A program made the translations under genes and the position numbers. A stretch of 64,000 nt of DNA. It comes from Chloroflexia bacterium. GTDB lineage: Bacteria; Chloroflexota; Chloroflexia; QHBQ01; JADMIH01. Positions within the stretch are counted from its first letter, which is position 1; the number at the start of each line of letters is the position of its first letter. Of this stretch, positions 41,922 through 50,850 are shown one piece after another. The stretch spans positions 2,334 through 66,333 of the forward strand of contig DATINP010000033.1 in NCBI GenBank assembly GCA_035474135.1. The letters run 5' to 3'. The notes under the pieces are model-generated. The model had not been told where the DNA came from. It was given only the letters and a program-made list of their open reading frames with translations, and ran no database searches.

Positions 41922-42314
41922 CTATTGTCCCCTTTAATTGCTATAATCGGCGGCCCTAGTTCACCCTCAGGCCGCGTACCCAACACCGAATTATGCACGT
42001 TCACCGCCTATCTGGCAAGATGGACGACTGCGTTATTCCTCATGCCGGGTTTGCCTGTTGTCGGTAGGTTTTGTGATGCGAGGTATTCGGGTAGCAAGAT
42101 TACGTGTCAGCCAAAGGAGTAGCCAAGATTACGTAGCAGTGCGTGGGAGAGGTACGTAACTCTGCGTAATCTATGTAGTAAAGGCACGAAAAACGAACAA
42201 AAATGCTAGCAATCGTGCTTTTGTTCTGGTTATAATCGCAAAGTTGTCCGTGCCCTATGGCCAACGATATGTACAACGTGCAATAACTCACCTATAAAAG
42301 GAGCCTTTATAACC

Positions 42315-42950
42315 ATGCATTCGTTCCCTGCGTCTTCTCGGAAGCATAGATCAATCATTGCTATCTTTGCCGCACTTCTCGCGGTATCCCTTTTCGCATT
42401 CACGTTCACCGCCCCCACGACCAATCAGGCCAGCGCTACCACAGTACGCACGCCCTTCCTCACTCTCCCCTTCGAATCTACATCCAATATGGAAATCCTT
42501 TCCGGCTGGTACTATAACCGGGGAGGCTACCACGGTGGCATCGACTTCATCAACGGCAACTACAACCACGTTAGCGGCTGGCGCACATTCCCCATCATCG
42601 CGGCTGCCGACGGCGAGGCTTGTGGCAACTGTTCTTCGCGACAGGGCAACGCTGTCTTCATCAAGCACAAAATCGACGGCGTGACCTACTACACATATTA
42701 CGGCCACATGGCCTCGATCTCGAAAGATATTCCCCTGGGTTCGCAATCGCGCACGGTTGAAGTCAAGCGAGGCCAGTACCTGGGCATGGCAGGCGACACA
42801 GGCGCAAGCGGCCTGCTTCACCTTCACTTCGCGCTGATGAACGCATACAGCACCCCTCTCGACCCCTACAACATCCATAGGCTGCGCGGCTCCTATCCCG
42901 CCCCCAACGACGGCCAGTTCCCCGGCATAGGGTGGTTCCTGGGCAACTAG
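42315..42950 (+). CDS. secreted M23-family (LytM-like) metallopeptidase
   Basis: signal peptide; HxxxD (HGGIDF) and GDTGASGLLHLHF (HxH) zinc-ligand motifs. Confidence 0.8.
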   Translation: MHSFPASSRKHRSIIAIFAALLAVSLFAFTFTAPTTNQASATTVRTPFLTLPFESTSNMEILSGWYYNRGGYHGGIDFINGNYNHVSGWRTFPIIAAADGEACGNCSSRQGNAVFIKHKIDGVTYYTYYGHMASISKDIPLGSQSRTVEVKRGQYLGMAGDTGASGLLHLHFALMNAYSTPLDPYNIHRLRGSYPAPNDGQFPGIGWFLGN

Positions 42951-43291
42951 CCCGCTCACCGATACAACCGGTAACTCAATACGAATCAGAAACCCCCGCC
43001 GGTGCGGGGGTTCTGCCATTAAGGAGGAAGGAGTGGAAGATTTTCTAACATTCACCTGTCGTTAAAGTATACGCACAGGGTTACAAATCGGATTTCAACG
43101 CAATTTGGTCCGGTTTGCCCGATCATGTAATTGTCTCGTAAGCCTTCCGTAAGGCGATTTACGACCGTGTAACTGCCACCTGCGATGATTAGCCCAGCCG
43201 GTAAATATGGTTCTCACAATTGGGTGAGGCCTGTACCGAAGCCAATCAGAAGGGAGCTAACAAAGACCTCCCTATGCCATGGAGGAATGAA

Positions 43292-44509
43292 ATGGACAAA
43301 ATCGCAGGAAAGCTGTTCTCGAAGTACGCCCGGTTATTCGTAGTGGCTGCCCTATTGCTGGCATCCTTTGTAGTCGTGGGCGGCAGCGCTTCAGCCGAAG
43401 GACGGCCCGCCTCGGGCACGGTCTACACCCTCGCCAATGCCGCCGCGGGCAACGCTGTCGCAGTCTATGACAGGGCGCCGGACGGCACACTTGCCCTGGC
43501 GTATACTGTCCCCACGGGCGGCCTCGGCACGGGAGCCAGCCTGTCTTCTCAGGGCGCGCTCGCCATCAGCGATAACGGACGCTGGCTCTTCGCGGTCAAC
43601 GCGGGCAGCAACGATATTTCCGTGTTCGACACGAACGGTGCCGGCAGGAAAGCCGATGCCACGACCCCCACAGCGAACAGTGCCGATCACCATAATCAGC
43701 AGTTGCGCTTGGTTGACCGTATAGCGTCAGGTGGCACCGATCCGGTGAGCCTCACCTCGCACGACGACATCCTCTACGTGCTGAACGCGGGCGTGCCCAA
43801 CAATATAACCGGCTTCCAGGTTGGGCACGGCGGCACGATCAGCCGCATCAACGGGTCTACTCAACCGCTGAGTGGTGCAAACACCGGCCCTGCCGAAATT
43901 CAGTTCAGTAACAATGGCCGCGTACTGGTCGTTACCGAAAAGGCAACCAACAAACTGGATACGTACACCGTCAACTCTCACGGCCGCGCAGATGGCCCCA
44001 ACGTCCAGAACTCGGCCGGCACGACCCCTTATGGCTTCGCGTTCGACAGCCGCAACCACCCCATCGTATCCGAGGCATTCGGAGGCGCCGCTAACGGCTC
44101 AGCCGCGTCATCCTACGCCCTCAACAATGCCGGCACTCTCACCACAGTCAGCGCGTCTGTACCGACCAACCAGACCGCCGCGTGCTGGGTAGCCATAAGC
44201 AAGAACGGCAGATTCGCCTACACCGCTAACGCGGGTAGCGGCAGCATAACGGGCTACAGCATAACGGGCTACAGCATAGCGCACGACGGCAGCCTCACGC
44301 TGCTCGACCCCAGCGGCATTACAGGAGTAACGGGCAACGGCAGTACGCCCACAGACCTGGCGGTAAGCAGCGACGGCAAGTTCCTCTACTCGCTGGACGC
44401 AGGCAGCCATGCCTTCTCCGGCTTCCAGATCGGCCACGACGGCAGCCTGACGCCGGTCAGCACCACGACGGGTCTGCTTCCGGGCACTGTGGGCCTGGTT
44501 GCGCGCTAA
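43292..44509 (+). CDS. secreted beta-propeller protein, lactonase-like family (tentative)
   Basis: start ATG 43292 with GGAGGA RBS; signal peptide; repeated NxGS.xIS/V.F blade-like units; contains an in-frame 15-bp tandem duplication (SITGYSITGY). Confidence 0.45.
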   Translation: MDKIAGKLFSKYARLFVVAALLLASFVVVGGSASAEGRPASGTVYTLANAAAGNAVAVYDRAPDGTLALAYTVPTGGLGTGASLSSQGALAISDNGRWLFAVNAGSNDISVFDTNGAGRKADATTPTANSADHHNQQLRLVDRIASGGTDPVSLTSHDDILYVLNAGVPNNITGFQVGHGGTISRINGSTQPLSGANTGPAEIQFSNNGRVLVVTEKATNKLDTYTVNSHGRADGPNVQNSAGTTPYGFAFDSRNHPIVSEAFGGAANGSAASSYALNNAGTLTTVSASVPTNQTAACWVAISKNGRFAYTANAGSGSITGYSITGYSIAHDGSLTLLDPSGITGVTGNGSTPTDLAVSSDGKFLYSLDAGSHAFSGFQIGHDGSLTPVSTTTGLLPGTVGLVAR

Positions 44510-44579
44510 CGTACAGGTACCTGGGACAAAGGGGGATTGCAACACCGCAATCCCCCTTTGCTTATTGTAAAATAGGCCT

Positions 44580-46586
44580 GTGAATATCACGCCGTCCGAC
44601 GAAGATCACCGACCCGTCGCTGAACCGAAAACACTCTTTGCACCGGTGCCCATCCTATTAGGTTGGGCGCTCGGCCTGGCAGGTGTGCTGCTGTTGCTGC
44701 CGCGCTTGCTCCAGTTCGTGCAGATAACGTCGGCTTTCATCGCGTGGCCCTGGCAGTTCGACTTTTCGGAGGGGGTGAACCTGAACGCGGCCATGCAACT
44801 CGCCGCGGGCCACAATATCTACCACCCCGGCGATCCGAGCAGTTTCATCTCGGCGCCCTATCCACCCTTCTTCTATCTGCTCACAGCGCCCCTCTCCTGG
44901 CTCACAGGGCCTTCCCTCGCCGGGGGGCGGGTGTTATCCCTCCTCGCCACGCTTGCCGTTAGCGTGCTTCTAGCGGTCGCCGTGGGCAAAGCCACGCGCT
45001 ACTGGGGCGCGGGCGTAGTGGCGGGCGCGCTCTGGCTCACCTTCTCGCCGGTGATGATCTGGGCCGCGCTTTATACCCAGCACATTTTCGCGCTCGCACT
45101 GGCCCTGGGGGGTCTCGTGTGGGTCATGCTCAAACCCGATGCCCAACGACTGGCTTTCGTGATCGGCCCCCTATTGTTCGCGCTGGCCTTTTTCACGAAG
45201 CAGTCCGCCGTGGATATGGCCGCCGCCGCCACGCTCTGGCTACTCTTGCGAGATCCCAAAAGGGGATTGCGATTCGGCTTTCTGCTGGCCGGGTTGGTGC
45301 TGGTGCCTTTCTTCGCGGCCAACCTGCTGTTGAAAGGCGGCCTCTGGGAACACGTCATTACGAACCAGGGTCTGCCCTCTAGCGACCGGCGTTTCACCCG
45401 CCTGCTTGGCCGCCTGTGGGGCGAACACTGGCCCGTGTTGAGCCTGAGCCTTGCCGGAGTACCTGCTGTTATTGCGGCGCTGGCCCTCTCGTGGCGCAAA
45501 CGAGCAACAGTGCTGGGTAGCCCGTTCACGCTGGCCCTGTTCTATTTCGTGATAGCTTTCGCATCGGTGCTGGTGCGGCTAGGGCGGACGGGTGTCAACT
45601 ACAACCATTTCATTGATTGCCTGCTGCCGGCGTGTCTGCTGTTCGGTCTGGCTCTCGGCTGGCTGTTGCGCACAATCGAAACGCGCCGCGATATGTCTCG
45701 GCTGTTTGCGAGTGTGGGTGTAGGATGCCTGGCAGTAGTGCTGGTCGTGCAGGTCCTTGCATTTACCGACCCGCACAACTGGTACAGCGGCATCTGGCCC
45801 AGTCCTGCCGCCGACAAGCAGATGCAGGCGTGGTCGGACCGGGTGGCAGCCACTCCGGGCGATATGTTTTCGGAGGACGAATACCTGGTGCTGAGGAACG
45901 GCAAGAGCGTGCTATACGATGACGACTTCATGTTCATGACGCTGGCGGGCCTCGGCAAATGGGATCAATCCGTGTTCGTGCAATCGTTGCGCGACCGCAG
46001 GTTCGGCCTGGTAATCCTTCAGAGCGGTAGCACGCGCTTCACGCCCGAGGCATCACAGGCGCTGGATTCAAGCTATACGATGAAGGTGCAAAGCAACCTG
46101 GTGATCTACGAGCCAAAGCCTGTTCCATTGGCCCCACAGGTCGCGCTCAGTTGCACGCTGGAAGGGTTTGGCGATTCAGTGTCATTACTCGGGTATGCAC
46201 TCCCTCCTGGTGTGGCATGGGATGGTGTGCGACAGGGCGAGATATTGCACGTCACCCTCTACTGGCAAGCCTCAAGCAAGATAGCAGGCGACTATGCAAC
46301 CGATGTGCAGTTAATTAGCGAATCGGGAGAAAAAGTAGCTAGCCAGGACAATCCGCACACCGCCGCAGACAAGCCCACCACGGACTGGCAGCCAGGCAAG
46401 ACAGTGCTCGACTCCGCGGGCCTCACCCTCCCCCCCACGCTGGCCCCCGGCCGCTACAAACTAATCGCAGGCATGTATCGCAACCAGAACGGCACCCTGA
46501 CCGACCTGAACCCCACCTGCCAACCCCCAACGCAGGACGGCAACGCGGTCACGCTGGGCTGGGTGAATGTAGTAGGCAATAAGTGA
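44580..46586 (+). CDS. large polytopic membrane protein with C-terminal extracytoplasmic domain, GT-C-like (ArnT/PMT-type) glycosyltransferase candidate
   Basis: about 11 TM helices in the first 400 aa then a 250-aa soluble domain; architecture only, no diagnostic motif recognised. Confidence 0.4.
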   Translation: MNITPSDEDHRPVAEPKTLFAPVPILLGWALGLAGVLLLLPRLLQFVQITSAFIAWPWQFDFSEGVNLNAAMQLAAGHNIYHPGDPSSFISAPYPPFFYLLTAPLSWLTGPSLAGGRVLSLLATLAVSVLLAVAVGKATRYWGAGVVAGALWLTFSPVMIWAALYTQHIFALALALGGLVWVMLKPDAQRLAFVIGPLLFALAFFTKQSAVDMAAAATLWLLLRDPKRGLRFGFLLAGLVLVPFFAANLLLKGGLWEHVITNQGLPSSDRRFTRLLGRLWGEHWPVLSLSLAGVPAVIAALALSWRKRATVLGSPFTLALFYFVIAFASVLVRLGRTGVNYNHFIDCLLPACLLFGLALGWLLRTIETRRDMSRLFASVGVGCLAVVLVVQVLAFTDPHNWYSGIWPSPAADKQMQAWSDRVAATPGDMFSEDEYLVLRNGKSVLYDDDFMFMTLAGLGKWDQSVFVQSLRDRRFGLVILQSGSTRFTPEASQALDSSYTMKVQSNLVIYEPKPVPLAPQVALSCTLEGFGDSVSLLGYALPPGVAWDGVRQGEILHVTLYWQASSKIAGDYATDVQLISESGEKVASQDNPHTAADKPTTDWQPGKTVLDSAGLTLPPTLAPGRYKLIAGMYRNQNGTLTDLNPTCQPPTQDGNAVTLGWVNVVGNK

Positions 46587-46641
46587 CAAGCGACTGCGCA
46601 GGAGTATTGAGGGGGTTTCGTGGGTCGTCTCCCGCCCCGAT

Positions 46642-47592
46642 CTAGCCGTGCGGCGGGTCGGGTCGATTCGCGACCGCCAGAATTTCCCTCGTGCGGGCTG
46701 TGTCCGCGTCCATCTGCTTGATGAGAGGCTCTATGCCCTCATAGCGCACCTGCGGGCGCAGATGCTCCACAAAGTAGGCGGTTAGTGTTTCGCCGTACAG
46801 GTCGGCGTCGTAGTCCACAATGAACACTTCCACCAGGCGAGCGTCGTCATCGAACGTGGGCCGGGTGCCGATGCTGGTCAGGGAAGGCAGCATCTCGCCC
46901 GTAGCAGGGCGGCTACACCAGGTTGCGTATACGCCATCGGCCGGCAAAGCCTGGTTAGGCAGCAATGCGAGATTGGCAGTGGGATAACCCAACTCACGCC
47001 CACGTCGTGACCCCGGTACAACAGTGCCTGGCACAGTCTGATAATGTCCCAGGAGACGAGCCGCCAGCGCCACATCGCCCGACATAACTGCCCCGCGCAC
47101 GCGAGTACTGCTCACAGGCTCACCGTCCACTTCCACCAGGGGCGCGATGTGGAGAGTATAGCCAAGCTGTTCGCCCAGCGCGGCCAGCACGTCAGTGTTG
47201 CCGGTGCGGCCATGCCCCAGAGCGAACCCGTCCCCCTCCCACAATTCATTGAAGGGAAGATAGCGCCGCACCCAAGCGATAAAATCGGGTGCCTCTACCT
47301 GGGACAACTCCCTGGTGAAGGTCACCACGATCAGTTCGTCCAGCCCTGTCTCCGCGAGGAGACGGGTCTTCTCGGGCAAGCGCGTCAGATAGGCCACAGG
47401 CTGGCCGGGCCTCAGCACCTCCCGTGGCGCAGGCTCGAAGGTCAGCGCAACGGCAGGTATGCCCTTCGCGCGCGCACTCGCCACAGCACCGTCTATAAGA
47501 GAGCGATGCCCCAAGTGTACGCCATCAAACGAGCCGATGGTCAATATTCCAGGCCCCGGCTCTCTAGCGGTCAGATCGGTTAGTACTCTCAT
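46642..47592 (-). CDS. ribF: bifunctional riboflavin kinase / FMN adenylyltransferase
   Basis: LTIGSFDGVHLGHRSLI nucleotidyltransferase motif and C-terminal riboflavin-kinase domain (PTANL, GxY..W). Confidence 0.9.
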   Translation of the reverse strand: MRVLTDLTAREPGPGILTIGSFDGVHLGHRSLIDGAVASARAKGIPAVALTFEPAPREVLRPGQPVAYLTRLPEKTRLLAETGLDELIVVTFTRELSQVEAPDFIAWVRRYLPFNELWEGDGFALGHGRTGNTDVLAALGEQLGYTLHIAPLVEVDGEPVSSTRVRGAVMSGDVALAARLLGHYQTVPGTVVPGSRRGRELGYPTANLALLPNQALPADGVYATWCSRPATGEMLPSLTSIGTRPTFDDDARLVEVFIVDYDADLYGETLTAYFVEHLRPQVRYEGIEPLIKQMDADTARTREILAVANRPDPPHG

Positions 47593-47602
47593 AATTCAGA
47601 CT

Positions 47603-48217
47603 TCAAGCTCCATCTTCCCGAACTTCTTTTTCAGCAGTCTGCATGGCGTTCGCAGCTTCGGACATCTCGCGCAGGTGTGTAATCGCTTCTTCGAGCGACC
47701 CATCTTCGCTACCGGTGCGAGTCTGCCCTAGCGACAACCTTACCTGTTTGGCCGTTTCGCGCATCTTTCGTATCTGGGCAAGCTCCGGCTGCAGCTCGTT
47801 CTCTACAGCATTGTATTGTACCTTTTGAACGCCCAATGCCGCCACTCGCCCGGACACGTGCCACATCTGATCCAGCGCCCTCAGTGTGTTCTGCTTGAAC
47901 TCGACCGCCTGGGTGGTCAGCACGCCCGACCTTGTTGCATCGTCGATCCCCGCCCGCAAGGTTTGTAGCTCTTTCACGGCGCGCATGATCTCGGTCGAGA
48001 TCGGCCAGTTGGGGAGTTGCGACCCCAACAGTTTGAGCACCGAGTCATCCATGCGGCTCGTGTTCAACAACCTTAAAGCCTCAAGCATATTCTCAGGCTC
48101 GATAGTACCCTGCGAACGCCTCTGCAACACAAATACTGCGATAAGGCCTAATACAACCAGCAGCGCCACGCAAATCAGCGCGAACCACCATGGGTTGGAG
48201 CCTATCCAATCAAACAT
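47603..48217 (-). CDS. hypothetical membrane-anchored coiled-coil protein
   Basis: 204 aa, N-terminal TM helix then helical/charged region; sits between truB and ribF in the nusA operon. Confidence 0.4.
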   Translation of the reverse strand: MFDWIGSNPWWFALICVALLVVLGLIAVFVLQRRSQGTIEPENMLEALRLLNTSRMDDSVLKLLGSQLPNWPISTEIMRAVKELQTLRAGIDDATRSGVLTTQAVEFKQNTLRALDQMWHVSGRVAALGVQKVQYNAVENELQPELAQIRKMRETAKQVRLSLGQTRTGSEDGSLEEAITHLREMSEAANAMQTAEKEVREDGA

Positions 48218-48259
48218 GTAACATCAACCTCGTTTCTACTTCATCCCCATGCAAGCGGG

Positions 48260-49171
48260 CTATCTGCCTGCTGCAAACACCTTCTTTGGGTGCCACATCT
48301 CGCTTGCTTCGTCCCATTCAGCTATTGCGAGCAAACTGCCATTGGTGCCTCTGAGGGCCGCCAACCTGTTGTTATCCGCTTTACCGGCAGGTAAAGGCAG
48401 TGCCTTGCCATGCAAGACATCCTGCTCGCCTGCTTCGTCTACATTATACACAGGCCAACCCGCCAGAATACTCTCAGGCGGGCGCAGGCTCTCGTGCCAG
48501 GTACCTGCACCGAACGCAGATTCCATCCCCTCAAGAGTTATGGCATCATCCAGAGTAAACGCTCCCACCCGAGTGCGCACAAGCCCACCAAGATAGGCTC
48601 CCGTGCCAAGGGCCACGCCAAGATCGTATGCCAACGACCGTATGTACGTGCCTTTACTGCACTCTACGAAAAGTTGGAGTGTCGGAGGCGTGTAAGCCTC
48701 AATGTCCAATTTGCTGATTGTCACTCGGCGCGCTTTGCGCTCGACTTCGATGCCTTGGCGCGCCAGATCATACAGCTTCTTGCCTCCCACCTTCAACGCG
48801 GAGTGCATAGGTGGAACCTGCTCAATAGTACCCCGAAACTCTGACAGGGCCTTCTCTATGGTCGAGAGATCGGGCATGACAGCATCGGGCGTGGGCGTGA
48901 TCGTGCCTTCGGCATCATACGTGTCGCTCGTGGCCCCCAGGATTACGACCGCACGGTATGCTTTATCGGCCTCGGCCAGATATTCCACGAGCCGGGTGGC
49001 CGCGCCCACCACTACAGGCAGCACGCCCGTAGCCATAGGATCAAGCGTGCCGGCGTGCCCTACCCGGTCACGCGTTGCAGATTCGGGGTTACGAATTATG
49101 CGCCGTACGCGTGCCACTACGTCATGCGAAGTCATGCCCTGTGGCTTATCAATAACAAAAATGCCGTCCAT
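48260..49171 (-). CDS. truB: tRNA pseudouridine(55) synthase
   Basis: FVIDKPQGMTSHDVVARVRRI catalytic-Asp motif, C-terminal PUA-like region; start at the internal ATG (MDGIF) because the upstream ORF extension is the repeat element. Confidence 0.9.
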   Translation of the reverse strand: MDGIFVIDKPQGMTSHDVVARVRRIIRNPESATRDRVGHAGTLDPMATGVLPVVVGAATRLVEYLAEADKAYRAVVILGATSDTYDAEGTITPTPDAVMPDLSTIEKALSEFRGTIEQVPPMHSALKVGGKKLYDLARQGIEVERKARRVTISKLDIEAYTPPTLQLFVECSKGTYIRSLAYDLGVALGTGAYLGGLVRTRVGAFTLDDAITLEGMESAFGAGTWHESLRPPESILAGWPVYNVDEAGEQDVLHGKALPLPAGKADNNRLAALRGTNGSLLAIAEWDEASEMWHPKKVFAAGR

Positions 49172-49192
49172 TAGTGGGTCCACCTGGCGATT

Positions 49193-49253
49193 AGACGACA
49201 GACGACGGTTAGTGGGTACTGTCGTCCGTCGTCGGTCGTCCGTCGTCCGTCGC
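49193..49253. repeat. intercistronic tandem-oligomer element E: AGACGACAGACGACGG, 12-nt loop, then (GTCGTCC/GTCGTCG/GTCGGTC) repeats
   Basis: read directly; lies between the nrnA stop and the truB start; encodes the nrnA tail DDGRPTTDD. Confidence 0.8.
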
Positions 49254-50309
49254 ATCGAGCACAGCTTTGCAAGCCTCTATGAACAGCCTGTCGGCTTCAG
49301 CCCCGATGGCGGGTATGGTAGCGCCAGCGGCCTGGGTATGGCCTCCACCACCGAACTTGCGTGCAATGCTTGCGACGTCTACCCCGGGATTACTGCGTAT
49401 CGAGGCGCGAGTAGTGCCGTCGTCACGCTCCTTCAGCACCGCCGCCACCTTCACGGCTCCGCGCACGGTCGCCAGGTAGCTCGACAGCCCCTCAAGCTCT
49501 TCTTCTTTCGCCCCGGCCGAGTTCAACATCTGCGGCGTTACGTGTATATAAATCACACGCCCGTCTGCACCCAGTGACACGCTCCCAAGAGCCTTGCTCC
49601 ACAGCATGATGGTGGATAGCGGCCTGGTATTGAATACCTCGTCAATGATGTTGTAGAGGTCGCCACCGCGCTCCATCATATAGGCGGCTATCTTGAGCGA
49701 ACGCGAGGTGGTAGAGGGCGTCCTGAATCCGAGAGTGTCGGTAACAACGCCCAGCAAGATGTACCGGGCTATATCAGCGTCCACCGCCCATCCCAGTTCG
49801 TTGAGGGCCGCCGCAACCTGCTCTGCGCAAGCGGCAGCGTTCACATCCAGAAGTTGCAAGTCGCCAAAGCGCACATTGGTAGCGTGATGGTCCATGTTGA
49901 GGACTTTCACCCCGCCCTCGCCCCGCAGCATGGCCTCGTTAGCGGTGAAGAACCCGCCGGTACGTGCCGGGTCGCTTATGTCAAGGCAGGCTATGTGCGT
50001 GGGCGGCGGGCCAGGCGGCACGTCACCTATGAAGACGTCGGCGGGATTGTAGAATGGCGCATACACGTCGGGGATGGGGTCGGTCGACACCACGACACAA
50101 TCATACCCGCGCATTTTCAGCGCAGTCCCAAACGCCAGCGTAGACCCGAGCGAATCGCCATCAGGGCTGACGTGAAGGGGTATCCAGATGCGCCCTGCAC
50201 CTTGCAGCCACTCGGCGATCTTCGTGTACTGAGGCATGGTCCATGCAGGTACGCGCTCGTCGGGCACGCTGCTCGATTCAGGTTCAGATTGGGTGTTATT
50301 GTTACTCAT
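49209..50309 (-). CDS. nrnA: DHH-family bifunctional oligoribonuclease / pAp phosphatase NrnA
   Basis: DHH motif region (HVSPDGDSLGS...DHH) and DHHA1 domain; start chosen at MSNNNTQ so as not to overlap rbfA. Confidence 0.75.
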   Translation of the reverse strand: MSNNNTQSEPESSSVPDERVPAWTMPQYTKIAEWLQGAGRIWIPLHVSPDGDSLGSTLAFGTALKMRGYDCVVVSTDPIPDVYAPFYNPADVFIGDVPPGPPPTHIACLDISDPARTGGFFTANEAMLRGEGGVKVLNMDHHATNVRFGDLQLLDVNAAACAEQVAAALNELGWAVDADIARYILLGVVTDTLGFRTPSTTSRSLKIAAYMMERGGDLYNIIDEVFNTRPLSTIMLWSKALGSVSLGADGRVIYIHVTPQMLNSAGAKEEELEGLSSYLATVRGAVKVAAVLKERDDGTTRASIRSNPGVDVASIARKFGGGGHTQAAGATIPAIGAEADRLFIEACKAVLDATDDGRPTTDDSTH

Positions 50310-50352
50310 CGGGGAATCACAACTTGCGGGCTGGAGCTCATTGCCGCGATCT

Positions 50353-50727
50353 TTACGTGGTAGGCTCCGGCTTTTCCGACGTTGTTTCAGCATCGTGCAA
50401 CTCGGTGAGCAGGCGATTGATGCGATCGCTATATTCCAGGCTCCTATCGAGCTTGAACTGCACCTCTGGCACACTGCGTGTGGTCAGGCGGGTGGCTACT
50501 TCGTGGCGCACGAATCCACGCGCACTTTCCAGCGCGACCATGCTTGCCTTCTGGTCTTCGGGCGTTCCCATCACGCTTACAAAGACGCGCGCGTACTTGA
50601 GGTCTCGACTGACCTCCACCCGCGTCACCGTCACAAACCCCAGCCGTGGGTCCTTCAACTCGCGCTGGATCAGATACGAGACGATGTGTTGTATTTCTTC
50701 CGCAACTTGTATATGCCTTGTGTTCAT
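50353..50727 (-). CDS. rbfA: ribosome-binding factor A
   Basis: RIAEEIQHIVSYLIQRELKDPRLGFVTVTRVEVSRDLKYARVFVSV matches RbfA along its length. Confidence 0.9.
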   Translation of the reverse strand: MNTRHIQVAEEIQHIVSYLIQRELKDPRLGFVTVTRVEVSRDLKYARVFVSVMGTPEDQKASMVALESARGFVRHEVATRLTTRSVPEVQFKLDRSLEYSDRINRLLTELHDAETTSEKPEPTT

Positions 50728-50732
50728 GCTTC

Positions 50733-50850
50733 TCTCAATTCTCAATTCTCAATTTTGAATTCTTAATTAAGCCGTGCCATCCGGTTTGCGTAACCTGGTC
50801 GGACTGCCACATCTTCATTAATTAAGAATTCAAAATTGAGAATTGAGAAT
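50733..50850. repeat. AT-rich pair of 33-bp inverted repeats flanking a 47-bp GC-rich core (MITE-like or large RNA hairpin) in the infB-rbfA spacer
   Basis: ATTCTCAATTCTCAATTTTGAATTCTTAATTAA ... TTAATTAAGAATTCAAAATTGAGAATTGAGAAT; the left arm contains (AATTCTC)x3. Confidence 0.85.
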
